A DNA stretch of 24,000 nucleotides, taken from Nitrososphaerota archaeon. GTDB taxonomy: Archaea > Thermoproteota > Nitrososphaeria_A > Caldarchaeales > Calditenuaceae. A program made the translations under genes and the position numbers. A model generated the notes under the pieces. It worked only from the letters and a program-made list of their open reading frames with translations, ran no database searches and was not told the origin of the DNA. The stretch is taken from positions 1,102,808 through 1,126,807 of the forward strand of contig JBEPYO010000001.1 of the NCBI GenBank assembly GCA_041641295.1, given 5' to 3'. Numbering within the stretch: the first letter of the stretch is position 1; each line of letters opens with the position of its first letter. Of the stretch, positions 7,669 through 15,592 are shown in pieces.

Positions 7669-8901
7669 CTATCTCGCTTTTACTGGGATCTTCCTCTCAG
7701 GCATCGCTGGCGGTTTGAGCAAGAGGTTTGAGACGGCTAGACCGAGGACGCTGAGAGCAGCTACTGTCATGAAGACTGGTGAATAGTGTCCAAGTAGTTC
7801 CCATAGGGATGCCGACAGTGTTGGGCCGGCTAGTGCTGAGGCGCCATAGGCTGTGAAGACGATCCCATAGTTTACCGACAGGTTTTGTATGCCGAAGAAG
7901 AGTGATGTGGCTTTGGGTGCTAGGGCGAGCCATCCGCCGAAGACGAGCCAGAGAATCGAGTAGGAGATGAGATAGATGGGGAGAGTGCTTGCCTGTGTCG
8001 CCAGCAGAGCCGCCACTATGGACAGTAGGAAGGATATGCTTGAGACGATGTTTATCTTCATCCTGTCGGCGAGGTATCCGAACAAGGGCCTCCCAAGCCC
8101 GTTGAATACCGCAAAGACTCCTGTGGCCGCAGCTGCCAGCTCAGGGCTTAGCCTAACAACCTCCTGCCCAAACTTGGCCGCTTGGCTTATCGCAATAAAT
8201 CCTCCCAGAGTTCCTAGCGCGTATGCGAGCCAGAGTCCCACAAAACTGCTCGTCCTCACCATTATGCCCGGTGTGAACTCTCTCGGCCCTACCGGCTGCT
8301 GTGTGCTGCCTCTCATCTGACCCCCACCCGTCTCGACCCTCGGAAGCATCATCAGTGGCGAGAGTGCTAGAAGTATGAGCCCATAGACTCCTCCAAGTAT
8401 GATGAATGAGTTCTTCACACCTTGGCTGGCTATCAGATAATTCGCGAGTGGGGCTGTTACGAGGGGTGAGATGCCGAAGCCCAAGACAGTCAAGCCTACC
8501 GCCAACCCTCTTCTCTCAGGGATCCAGTGGCTCGATACAGTGATCGTCGAGTTATAAATCAGCGCAACCCCAGACCCCGCCATGACACCATAGAAGAGAA
8601 TGACGTACAGCAACGGTGATTGCGTCTCCAGAGCAAAACCGGATAAAATCCAACCTCCACCCACTAGCAGTGCACCCAACAACGCGACACGCCTCGAACT
8701 ATAGGCCCTCAAAACCCTTCCACCAAGCGGCATGCAGGCCGCAAAGAAAAGGAGAAAGATAGAGAATGGTATGCCTGACTCGAAACTACCCCATCCGAGA
8801 AGAACCTCGAGTGGCTTCCTAAAGACACTCCAGCTATATATCGTCCCCAAAAGCAGATTGGCAACAAGACCCGCAAAGACGTAGACCCACCTATTCACCA
8901 T
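7669..8901 (-). CDS. MFS transporter, oxalate/formate-antiporter-like (OFA) family
   Basis: 410 aa, about 12 hydrophobic segments. OFA-like N-terminus NRWVYVFAGLVANLLLGTIYSWSVFRKPLE. MFS motif-A-like loops GGRVLRAYSSRRV and GYLADRMKINIV occur in the two halves. Confidence 0.8.
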   Translation of the reverse strand: MVNRWVYVFAGLVANLLLGTIYSWSVFRKPLEVLLGWGSFESGIPFSIFLLFFAACMPLGGRVLRAYSSRRVALLGALLVGGGWILSGFALETQSPLLYVILFYGVMAGSGVALIYNSTITVSSHWIPERRGLAVGLTVLGFGISPLVTAPLANYLIASQGVKNSFIILGGVYGLILLALSPLMMLPRVETGGGQMRGSTQQPVGPREFTPGIMVRTSSFVGLWLAYALGTLGGFIAISQAAKFGQEVVRLSPELAAAATGVFAVFNGLGRPLFGYLADRMKINIVSSISFLLSIVAALLATQASTLPIYLISYSILWLVFGGWLALAPKATSLFFGIQNLSVNYGIVFTAYGASALAGPTLSASLWELLGHYSPVFMTVAALSVLGLAVSNLLLKPPAMPERKIPVKAR

Positions 8902-9253
8902 TCGAGAACACCAGAACTTGTTGGCTGTAGTTTATATTTTAACTGTCTTTAAAAAATGCATACTATACTATAACCATGAATAATAAATAATGAAGATGAA
9001 TACGATGCATCTCTTCCCAAAGATATGTTCTCAATCAGCAAAATGGTCAGCTTGAGATGACTTTTAAACAGTGTTAAGGAGTGGCTAACGGGGAAACCAT
9101 CTGAATGTCCGCTTCAAATTGTGTGTGAGGCAGTGGTTAGACGCGGAGAGGGTTCTGTGAGCGGTTCCCCGCTCCTCCGGCCCAGAATCCCACTCAATTT
9201 GGATAATAACGGCGATAATAGGCCCTCTCACTTTCACCTAAGTCTACCAAAAG

Positions 9254-9262
9254 AAATATAAA
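9254..9262 (+). promoter_or_regulatory. TATA-like box (AAATATAAA) upstream of the LAGLIDADG locus
   Basis: The only strong TATA-like element in the + orientation before 9445. It would give a ~160-nt leader containing the GC-rich hairpin region. Confidence 0.3.
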
Positions 9263-9444
9263 CCATTCATATACGAACACGGCAATAGGTGTGATTAATT
9301 GAGTAGCAGCAACCACATATTATTGGTCCACACAGGATATCTTACTTACGCCGGAAAGTTGAAGGCTCTCCGGCAGGGGGAATCATTACACCTGCCGGGG
9401 AGTTGCGCCACCTTTAGAGAAACCGGGAGCCTCCCGGAAAGGCC

Positions 9445-10683
9445 ATGTCACGGGATGTGGCATCTAGGGTTCCCCAGCAGATTGCTGAGGCGGCTTGCTC
9501 CTTGGTCGCTACACCTATAGTTGGGCAGGGGGCGGGCGGAGGTCTGCAGCTGTCTCCATCCGATAAGGCCACTTGGCTGCAGGGGGAAGGTGGGGTAAAG
9601 AAAACTCAGCGAAGACTAACACTAGAGGAGAAGGCTAAAGTCTTAGAAGCCATTAAAATTGGAGTTGAGAGGGGCTATGGGTACGGACGGATTTGGAAGA
9701 CGTTGAAGGCGAGTGGGATGGATGTATCGAAGAGGACTGTCGAGTACTGGTATTACAAGAAATATCGGGGAAAGGTTGGAAGAAGAGGAGAATATCTCCC
9801 AAGAGAGCTGAGAATCAGGTTATATGAAGAAGCCCTGAAGATGAGAAAGGCAGGTCTTGGATACAAGAGGATTAGGAAGAGGATTGAAGAGCTGCATGGA
9901 GTCAAGCTTAGTCCTGCCGTGATTGCTGACTGGTGCAGTGGAGCACACAGCCCATACAACGGTGCAAGGATCCCCACGATAGACCATCTAAAACCATCCC
10001 CGGAGCTCGCCTACGTAATAGGCGTGGTCGCCGGTGATGGGTGGGCGGTCAAAACCAACGCAAGGAGTGGAGAGTATAGGGTCGGAGCTAGGGCAAAGGA
10101 CATTGAATTCATAGAGGAGTTCGCGAGATGCTTGGGAAAAGTTCTCGGCAGAGAGCCGCCGAGGCCGGTACCAGTGGAAGATGGGTTGCTTTTAGTATAT
10201 GTTAGATCGAGGGCGCTGTACCAACTTTTACAGAAACCCATAGACATAGACAGGATAAGACGCTTCATAGAGCACTGCGAAGACTGCAAAAGAAGTTTTC
10301 TTAGAGGATTCTATGATAGCGAGGGATCTGTAGATAATGAGGGGAAGATTCGCTGCTTAAATACAGATACTAGACTTCTCAGATATGTACAGAAACTTCT
10401 GAAGCTTCTAGGCATAGAGACAACAGGGCCAAAAATCAGTGCGAGGAAGGGAACCCTCCTATTCGACAAAAAGTTGGGGGAGGCATACAAAAAGAGAAAG
10501 AATGTATACTACATCTATGTCAAAGCGCGGGATAAATTGAAATTCTACAAACTAGTAGGGTTCACCATAAGGCGAAAGCAACAACGCCTCGAAGAATATG
10601 TAAGATGTCACGGACTTCTAGAGGACGAGCCACCCAACCAACTCTTCCCCAATTCTCTCTTCCATTCAATTCGCTCACATTAA
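9445..10683 (+). CDS. Free-standing double-motif LAGLIDADG (I-DmoI-like) homing-endonuclease homologue with two N-terminal helix-turn-helix modules
   Basis: Motif 1 LAYVIGVVAGDGW and motif 2 FLRGFYDSEGSV keep both acidic catalytic positions (D, E). These are preceded by two similar ~50-aa HTH-like modules (LTLEEKAKVLEAIKIGVERGYGYGRIWKTL... and LPRELRIRLYEEALKMRKAGLGYKRIRKRI...). The start is uncertain: ATG 9445 opens a GC-rich, low-complexity 50-aa extension. Confidence 0.8.
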   Translation: MSRDVASRVPQQIAEAACSLVATPIVGQGAGGGLQLSPSDKATWLQGEGGVKKTQRRLTLEEKAKVLEAIKIGVERGYGYGRIWKTLKASGMDVSKRTVEYWYYKKYRGKVGRRGEYLPRELRIRLYEEALKMRKAGLGYKRIRKRIEELHGVKLSPAVIADWCSGAHSPYNGARIPTIDHLKPSPELAYVIGVVAGDGWAVKTNARSGEYRVGARAKDIEFIEEFARCLGKVLGREPPRPVPVEDGLLLVYVRSRALYQLLQKPIDIDRIRRFIEHCEDCKRSFLRGFYDSEGSVDNEGKIRCLNTDTRLLRYVQKLLKLLGIETTGPKISARKGTLLFDKKLGEAYKKRKNVYYIYVKARDKLKFYKLVGFTIRRKQQRLEEYVRCHGLLEDEPPNQLFPNSLFHSIRSH

Positions 10684-10686
10684 CAG

Positions 10687-10779
10687 TGGGCCCGGAGGGA
10701 TTCGAACCCTCGACCTTCCGGTCTCTCCCGCCATACCTGTTATCAGCCGGACGCTCCAGCCAGGCTGAGCTACGGGCCC
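10687..10779 (-). tRNA. tRNA-Ile(GAU): tRNA-Ile (anticodon GAU) with an 18-nt intron at the canonical 37/38 position; CCA not encoded
   Basis: Hand-folded cloverleaf: acceptor GGGCCCG/CGGGCCC, D arm GCTC-AGCCTGGCTG-GAGC, anticodon stem TCCGG/CCGGA with loop CTGATA[intron]A, variable AGGTC, T arm GAGGG-TTCGAAT-CCCTC, discriminator A. 75 nt mature plus 18 nt intron. Confidence 0.9.
10723..10740 (-). other. tRNA intron (ACAGGTATGGCGGGAGAG) after position 37
   Basis: This insertion interrupts an otherwise perfect anticodon stem-loop. The boundary is ambiguous by 1 nt because of flanking A residues. Confidence 0.8.
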
Positions 10780-10804
10780 CTACGATATCCCACGTAATAT
10801 GGGC

Positions 10805-10822
10805 GCTATTTAGTATTTAATT
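10805..10822 (-). promoter_or_regulatory. TATA region (TTAAATACTAAATAGC) upstream of tRNA-Ile
   Basis: AT-rich box 26-43 nt upstream of the tRNA 5' end at 10779. Confidence 0.35.
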
Positions 10823-11040
10823 TCTTTGTCCTTGAAGTAGATCTGCCCTAGATTGCGGCCTTCTTGGGTTCTCTGCTGGAAATTTACTGTTATGGGATGA
10901 CTTGGGGGGAGGCTGGTTATTTGATTTGATGCGAGATGAATAGGTGGGTTCTGAAGGAAAGTGGAGGATTGGCAAACCAATGTTTTTTACAATGGCATTT
11001 GCCTTATCTCTGGGTGCCGGTCTTCAGGCTGGCGACGAGG

Positions 11041-11054
11041 TTAATACATATAGG
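11041..11054 (+). promoter_or_regulatory. TATA region (TTAATACATATAGG) for meaB and the mutase large subunit
   Basis: Lies 14-27 nt before ATG 11068. Confidence 0.4.
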
Positions 11055-11067
11055 ATAAAGAGTAGGC

Positions 11068-12033
11068 ATGTTTTTGCGGGAAATGTCTGATGTTGACCGT
11101 CTTGTCGGCGATGTTATAGCTGGAGATACCAGATCGCTTGCAAAGGCTATCAGTATTGTAGAGGCGGGTAGTAGTGAAGCAGGACATATACTGTCAAGGC
11201 TCGCGAAACATGTTAGGGGCAGGCCCGTCATAGGATTCTCCGGGCCACCGGGGTCGGGTAAAAGCACTCTCATAGGCAAATTTGGCGAGTATCTGAAAGG
11301 TAATGGTTTGAAGGTCGCTGTCTTGGCGATAGACCCTTCAAGCCCCTTCACAGGTGGAGCGGTTTTAGGCGATAGGGTTAGGATGGTGTCTATCGCGTCA
11401 GCGCCGGGTGTGTTCATCAGGAGTATGGCTACTCGCGGTGCGAGGGGTGGGGTTGTAGCCTATGTGAGGTCTGTTCTTCGCGTCCTCGATGCAGCTGGTT
11501 TTGACTTTATATTGGTGGAGACCGCAGGTGCTGGACAGACTGATGTATCCATCAACGATGTCGCAGATGTGGTGGCTATAGTTGTTACGCCCGACATGGG
11601 TGATAGCATCCAGGCCATAAAAGCAGGTCTTCTCGAGATAGGAGACGTCTATGTCGTTAACAAGGCGGACGACTCTAGAAGCTCGTATATTGCCTCGATG
11701 CTCGAGGCCATGCTTAGTAGGGGAGGGGCCAAGCCTGTTGTCTTGAAGACGGTTGCAACGAGGGGGGAGGGCGTGGTCGAACTGGCTGAAACATTGTTGA
11801 GGAAATGGGAGCAGCTTAAAACCGACGGCGAACTTCAAGCCAGGAGGAGGCGGCAGACCATCGCAGAGGTTGTGGCCCTAATCATGGAAGACTTTAGAAC
11901 AGCGATAGAGAGATTCTCCTCAGATAAGGAGTTTATAGCGGAGGTTGAGAGGCTGACAGCAGAGGGCCTCGACCCCAAGTCTGTCGCCCGGGAAATGAGG
12001 AGCAGGGTGCTGGAATGGGTGAATAGGCTATAG
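11068..12033 (+). CDS. meaB: Methylmalonyl-CoA mutase accessory GTPase (MeaB/ArgK, G3E family)
   Basis: P-loop GPPGSGKST, DPSSPFTGGAVLGDRVRM, ETAGAGQ, and NKAD. Confidence 0.9.
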   Translation: MFLREMSDVDRLVGDVIAGDTRSLAKAISIVEAGSSEAGHILSRLAKHVRGRPVIGFSGPPGSGKSTLIGKFGEYLKGNGLKVAVLAIDPSSPFTGGAVLGDRVRMVSIASAPGVFIRSMATRGARGGVVAYVRSVLRVLDAAGFDFILVETAGAGQTDVSINDVADVVAIVVTPDMGDSIQAIKAGLLEIGDVYVVNKADDSRSSYIASMLEAMLSRGGAKPVVLKTVATRGEGVVELAETLLRKWEQLKTDGELQARRRRQTIAEVVALIMEDFRTAIERFSSDKEFIAEVERLTAEGLDPKSVAREMRSRVLEWVNRL

Positions 12034-12065
12034 TGTTTATATGCGTCTGAGCAGTATATGGATTC

Positions 12066-13844
12066 GTGGTAGGAATATCTGAGCGCCTCAGCGAGTTTAG
12101 CGCGAGGCGCCTCCCCTACTGGAGGGATAAGCTTGAAGCCCTCAGCAAGAGGCGCCAGGCCTCTCCGATGTATAGGGCTGACTTTTTGGAGAGGCTTGAA
12201 CAGAGTTTTAAGGATTGGAGTAGGCGGTATGCTGAGGCAGCGGCAACCGGTGAGCGGAAGGCATTCTTTAAGACGACCTCAGGGTTTGAGGTCAAGCCCC
12301 TATACACCCCACTCGACGTTAAATGGCTCGACTATGAAAGTGACTTAGGATTTTCTGGCCAGTATCCATTCACACGCGGCGTCTACACCACAATGTATAG
12401 GGGCAAGCTATGGACTATGAGGCAGTTCGCAGGCTTTGGAACACCAGAGGACACTAACAGGCGTTTCCGCTTCCTCTTAGAGCATGGTGAGACCGGGCTA
12501 AGCATCGCCTTCGACACACCCACCCTCTATGGCTACGACCCCGACAACCCGAGATGTGAAGGAGAGGTTGGGAAGTGCGGAGTCTCTGTCGCCACTGTCA
12601 GGGACATGGAGATAATTTTCGATGGGATTCCGCTGGACAAGGTGAGTGTATCGATGACGATAAACGCGCCCGCTGCTGTGCTTTTGGCCATGCTGATAGT
12701 TGTCGCCGAGAAGCAGGGGGTTCCCATGAGGCTGCTCAGGGGGACAACCCAGACAGACATCCTAAAGGAGTTCATAGCACAGAAGGAGTGGGCCTTTACA
12801 CCTGAGGCACATCTCCGCATAATAAGAGACATGATGGAGTTTTGCACCCAGAACATGCCATACTGGCACTACATCAGCATCAGCGGCTACCACATCCGCG
12901 AGGCAGGGGCGACTGCATTGCAGGAACTCGCATTCACACTCATGGATGGATTCACCTACGTCGACCTAGGAGTCAGCTCTGGAATGAGTGTCGACCAGTT
13001 TGCCCCGCGATTCTCATTCTTCTTCAACTCGACGATCAACTTCTTCGAGGAGATAGCGAAGTTCAGGGCGGCGAGGAAGATATGGGCGACGGTTTTGAAG
13101 GAGTTTTACGGCGCGAAAGACCCTAGGTCTATGACGCTCAGGTTCCACACACAGACCTCTGGAGCATCGCTAACATGGCAGCAGCCACTCAACAACATAG
13201 TCAGGACAACTATAGAGGCGCTTGCGGCAGTGCTTGGGGGGACACAGTCGCTACACACAAACTCTTACGATGAGGCTTGGGCCCTTCCCACAGAGGAGGC
13301 GGTCCTCGTGGCTCTCAGAACACAGCAGATAATCGCTGAAGAGACTGGTGTTGCTGACACGATAGACCCGCTCGCTGGATCATACTATGTTGAGTGGCTG
13401 ACTGAGCAGTTGGTGGAGGGCGCGCTGAAGTATTTCGAGAGGATTGACGAGCTTGGGGGAATGCTTGAGGCCATAAAGGCCGGTTACCCCCAGAGGGAGA
13501 TACATGAGTCGGCCTACAGGACCCAGCTGGCCTTCGAGAGGGGAGAGGAGGTGCTGGTTGGCGTCAACAAATACACCATCCCCGACGAAAAGCCGATAAG
13601 GTATCTGGTAGTGGATGAAAAAGTTGTTAAACAGCAGGTTGAGAGGCTTCAGCAAGTGAAGAGGGAGAGAGACAATGAGAAGGTTCGAAAGGCTCTCGAA
13701 AACCTTCGGAGAGCATTTGAGGACGAAAGCGTCAACGTCATGCCCTACATAATAGAAGCAGTCAAGAGCTACGCAACGCTAGAGGAGATAATGAACGTTG
13801 GACGAGAAGTATTCGGGACCTGGAGCGAGCCCGTGATAATCTAG
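12066..13844 (+). CDS. Methylmalonyl-CoA mutase, large (catalytic, substrate-binding) subunit
   Basis: [57 protein letters not shown] and downstream MCM blocks. GTG start. There is no B12 domain, as in split archaeal enzymes. Confidence 0.92.
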   Translation: MVGISERLSEFSARRLPYWRDKLEALSKRRQASPMYRADFLERLEQSFKDWSRRYAEAAATGERKAFFKTTSGFEVKPLYTPLDVKWLDYESDLGFSGQYPFTRGVYTTMYRGKLWTMRQFAGFGTPEDTNRRFRFLLEHGETGLSIAFDTPTLYGYDPDNPRCEGEVGKCGVSVATVRDMEIIFDGIPLDKVSVSMTINAPAAVLLAMLIVVAEKQGVPMRLLRGTTQTDILKEFIAQKEWAFTPEAHLRIIRDMMEFCTQNMPYWHYISISGYHIREAGATALQELAFTLMDGFTYVDLGVSSGMSVDQFAPRFSFFFNSTINFFEEIAKFRAARKIWATVLKEFYGAKDPRSMTLRFHTQTSGASLTWQQPLNNIVRTTIEALAAVLGGTQSLHTNSYDEAWALPTEEAVLVALRTQQIIAEETGVADTIDPLAGSYYVEWLTEQLVEGALKYFERIDELGGMLEAIKAGYPQREIHESAYRTQLAFERGEEVLVGVNKYTIPDEKPIRYLVVDEKVVKQQVERLQQVKRERDNEKVRKALENLRRAFEDESVNVMPYIIEAVKSYATLEEIMNVGREVFGTWSEPVII

Positions 13845-13851
13845 CCGCCCC

Positions 13852-14286
13852 TCACACCGCCTCCTTCCACCTCTCCTTCCTCACCCTCTCGACGATATGG
13901 TCTATTATTGTTTGGAGAGGTGTGCCTGGTCCAAAGTTTCCCGTAATGCCCTCCTTCTCCAAGATTGGTTTATGCTCCGGCGGTATAATGCCTCCTCCCA
14001 CGACCAGTATGTCACCGGCATTCCTCTCCCTCAGGAGCCTAGCCACCTTAATGAAGTTCGGAATATGGTCTGCATTGTGAAGGCTAAGAGCCACCACATC
14101 AACATCCTCTTGGATTGCTGTCTCAACTACCTCTTCAGGACTCCTCAAAATCCCGCCATAAACCACCTCAAACCCCGCATCCCTGAACGCCCTAGCAAGA
14201 ATTAAGAGGCCCCGGTCATGCCCGTCCAGCCCGGGCTTAGCAAGCAAAATACGAATCTTCCTGTGACGCGTGGTCTGGCCCGCCAC
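13852..14286 (-). CDS. Methylmalonyl-CoA mutase, small cobalamin-binding subunit
   Basis: ILLAKPGLDGHDRG (the DxHxxG B12-binding motif) and RDAGFEVVYGG. 144 aa. Convergent with the large subunit. Confidence 0.9.
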   Translation of the reverse strand: MAGQTTRHRKIRILLAKPGLDGHDRGLLILARAFRDAGFEVVYGGILRSPEEVVETAIQEDVDVVALSLHNADHIPNFIKVARLLRERNAGDILVVGGGIIPPEHKPILEKEGITGNFGPGTPLQTIIDHIVERVRKERWKEAV

Positions 14287-14547
14287 ATATTATAAAATGC
14301 CTGCAGATGTAATTAAATTTTGGCTCTCACAATATTGTCGAAGATTGGCTCACCCTTTCTGCGTGTATCACCGAAATTAACGATGATGTTCGGACAGGAG
14401 GCATATTTAAAGGCTGGGGGCTTTAGCAATCCACTTGGATAAGCTCATGAAATTATAATCCGGACAACTGGCGAAATAAGATAAATCATCCATATCCATC
14501 ATTCTCCAACAACAGCTGTCTTTATTTCCAACTAGACTGGCTGGATT

Positions 14548-15534
14548 TTACTCATCATTCTCCTTCTTGACTTCTCCCCTTATCATTGAAAGTACAATAG
14601 CAGCAAACAGGATTGAGAATATAATTGATATTGACAACCATACTGGTATTTGGATGAACCGTGCTATGAGTATTTTTATTCCCAAGAAGAATAATATGCC
14701 AGCTAGGGCGGGCTCAACATACTTGAATCTAAACATTGTAATAGCTATTAGAGAGTAAAGGGCTCTCAGCCCCAGTATTGCGGAGATATTTGAAGTGTAT
14801 GCGAGGAAGAAGTTCGATGTAATAGCTATAACGGCGGGGATAGAATCGAACGCGAATATTATGTCTGATGTTTCAATTGCAAGTAGGGCTAGGAGGAGTG
14901 GAGTAAACATTAACCTATTATCCCCTTTTGAACGAACTATAAACTTGGCACCCTCATAATAGTCAGCTATTGGAAGAACCCTCTGAGCCATTTTTACTAC
15001 AGGGTTTCTTGAGGGATCTACTTTTACCTCTCCCACCCTCAGTAACTTATATCCCGCATACATCAATACAGCACCGAAGATGTATACGGTCCAGTGGAAT
15101 TGCTCTATCAGCCAAAGTCCTCCGGCTATGAATCCGGCTCTTAAGACGATTGCCGTAACTATTCCCGCATACAATACGATCGGCTGTACGCGTGGGAGGA
15201 CTGAGAAATAGCTGAAGATTAGTGCGAAGACAAACAGGTTATCCATGCTTAAACTCTTCTCTACTACGAATGCCGCATAGTACAATCCTAGAGAATGCAG
15301 CTTATCTTCTGGGGCTGCAAACCAGTATACAAACACGCCCCACATCAGGCCTACCGCTATCCATAAAGCAGACCAAGCTCCAGCCTCCTTATACGTCATC
15401 GCATGCTTTCTTCTAACACCTATAATCAGATCTATTGCTATGAAGACTAGTATGACTATGTGATATAGTTCCCAGAACCACGTGGGAACTTCTATCTGCA
15501 CCTGGGTTTGAAGCTCAGCGGGATCTAAGCCCAT
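14548..15534 (-). CDS. TerC-family integral membrane protein
   Basis: SLSMDNLFVFALIF and ETSDIIFAFDSIPAV, the paired TerC signature helices. Multi-pass and hydrophobic. Noticeably lower GC than its neighbours. Confidence 0.8.
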   Translation of the reverse strand: MGLDPAELQTQVQIEVPTWFWELYHIVILVFIAIDLIIGVRRKHAMTYKEAGAWSALWIAVGLMWGVFVYWFAAPEDKLHSLGLYYAAFVVEKSLSMDNLFVFALIFSYFSVLPRVQPIVLYAGIVTAIVLRAGFIAGGLWLIEQFHWTVYIFGAVLMYAGYKLLRVGEVKVDPSRNPVVKMAQRVLPIADYYEGAKFIVRSKGDNRLMFTPLLLALLAIETSDIIFAFDSIPAVIAITSNFFLAYTSNISAILGLRALYSLIAITMFRFKYVEPALAGILFFLGIKILIARFIQIPVWLSISIIFSILFAAIVLSMIRGEVKKENDE

Positions 15535-15557
15535 ATATTGTCAGCGGGGATGGTATG

Positions 15558-15578
15558 CTTTTAATTAATTTAAAAACC
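15558..15578 (-). promoter_or_regulatory. AT-rich TATA region for TerC
   Basis: The minus strand reads TTTTTAAATTAATTAAAAG, 25-45 nt before ATG 15534. This argues that TerC has its own promoter. Confidence 0.35.
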
Positions 15579-15592
15579 ATTCTTAATGGGCC

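Noticed and set aside
9174-9195. CCTCCGGCCCAGAATCCCACTC resembles the 3' end of tRNA-Ile (CCTCCGGGCCCACTG), suggesting a second att half-site. The adjacent perfect hairpin GAGCGG-TTCC-CCGCTC lies at 9159-9174.
   Set aside because: The match is short, needs an indel, and is in inverted rather than direct orientation relative to the tRNA gene. It cannot be a simple attL/attR pair. No cloverleaf or T-loop can be folded around it.
8910-9340. A very AT-rich intergenic region, considered as a possible replication origin or duplex-unwinding element. ORB-like fragments are present (GGGGAAACC, TCCACACAGGA).
   Set aside because: There is no repeated ORB or mini-ORB dyad (TCCAnTGGAAAC-type) and no orc1/cdc6 or whiP gene nearby. 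The AT-richness is explained by divergent or terminal intergenic space with TATA-like boxes.
9433-9500. RNase P RNA-like elements: CCCGGAAAGGCC (resembling CR-I GGAAAGUCC) and GGCGGCUUG (resembling CR-V CGGCUUA), which could form a P4-like helix with a bulge.
   Set aside because: The universally conserved bulged U is a G here. The two elements are only ~55 nt apart. I found no CR-IV (AGNNNNAU) or P1-P3 framework, and no S-domain or type-T substitute could be built. The resemblance is probably due to chance.
9299-9520. 73-aa + strand ORF overlapping the GC-rich leader.
   Set aside because: It has no motif, overlaps the hairpin-dense region in a different frame from the LAGLIDADG ORF, and has an arbitrary start. 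It is more likely non-coding.
10971-11003. Imperfect palindrome GGCAAACCAATG...CAATGGCATTTGCC upstream of meaB, considered as an operator site.
   Set aside because: Only the outer 6 bp (GGCAAA/TTTGCC) actually pair and the inner parts are direct rather than inverted. A single occurrence is not enough to call a regulatory site.
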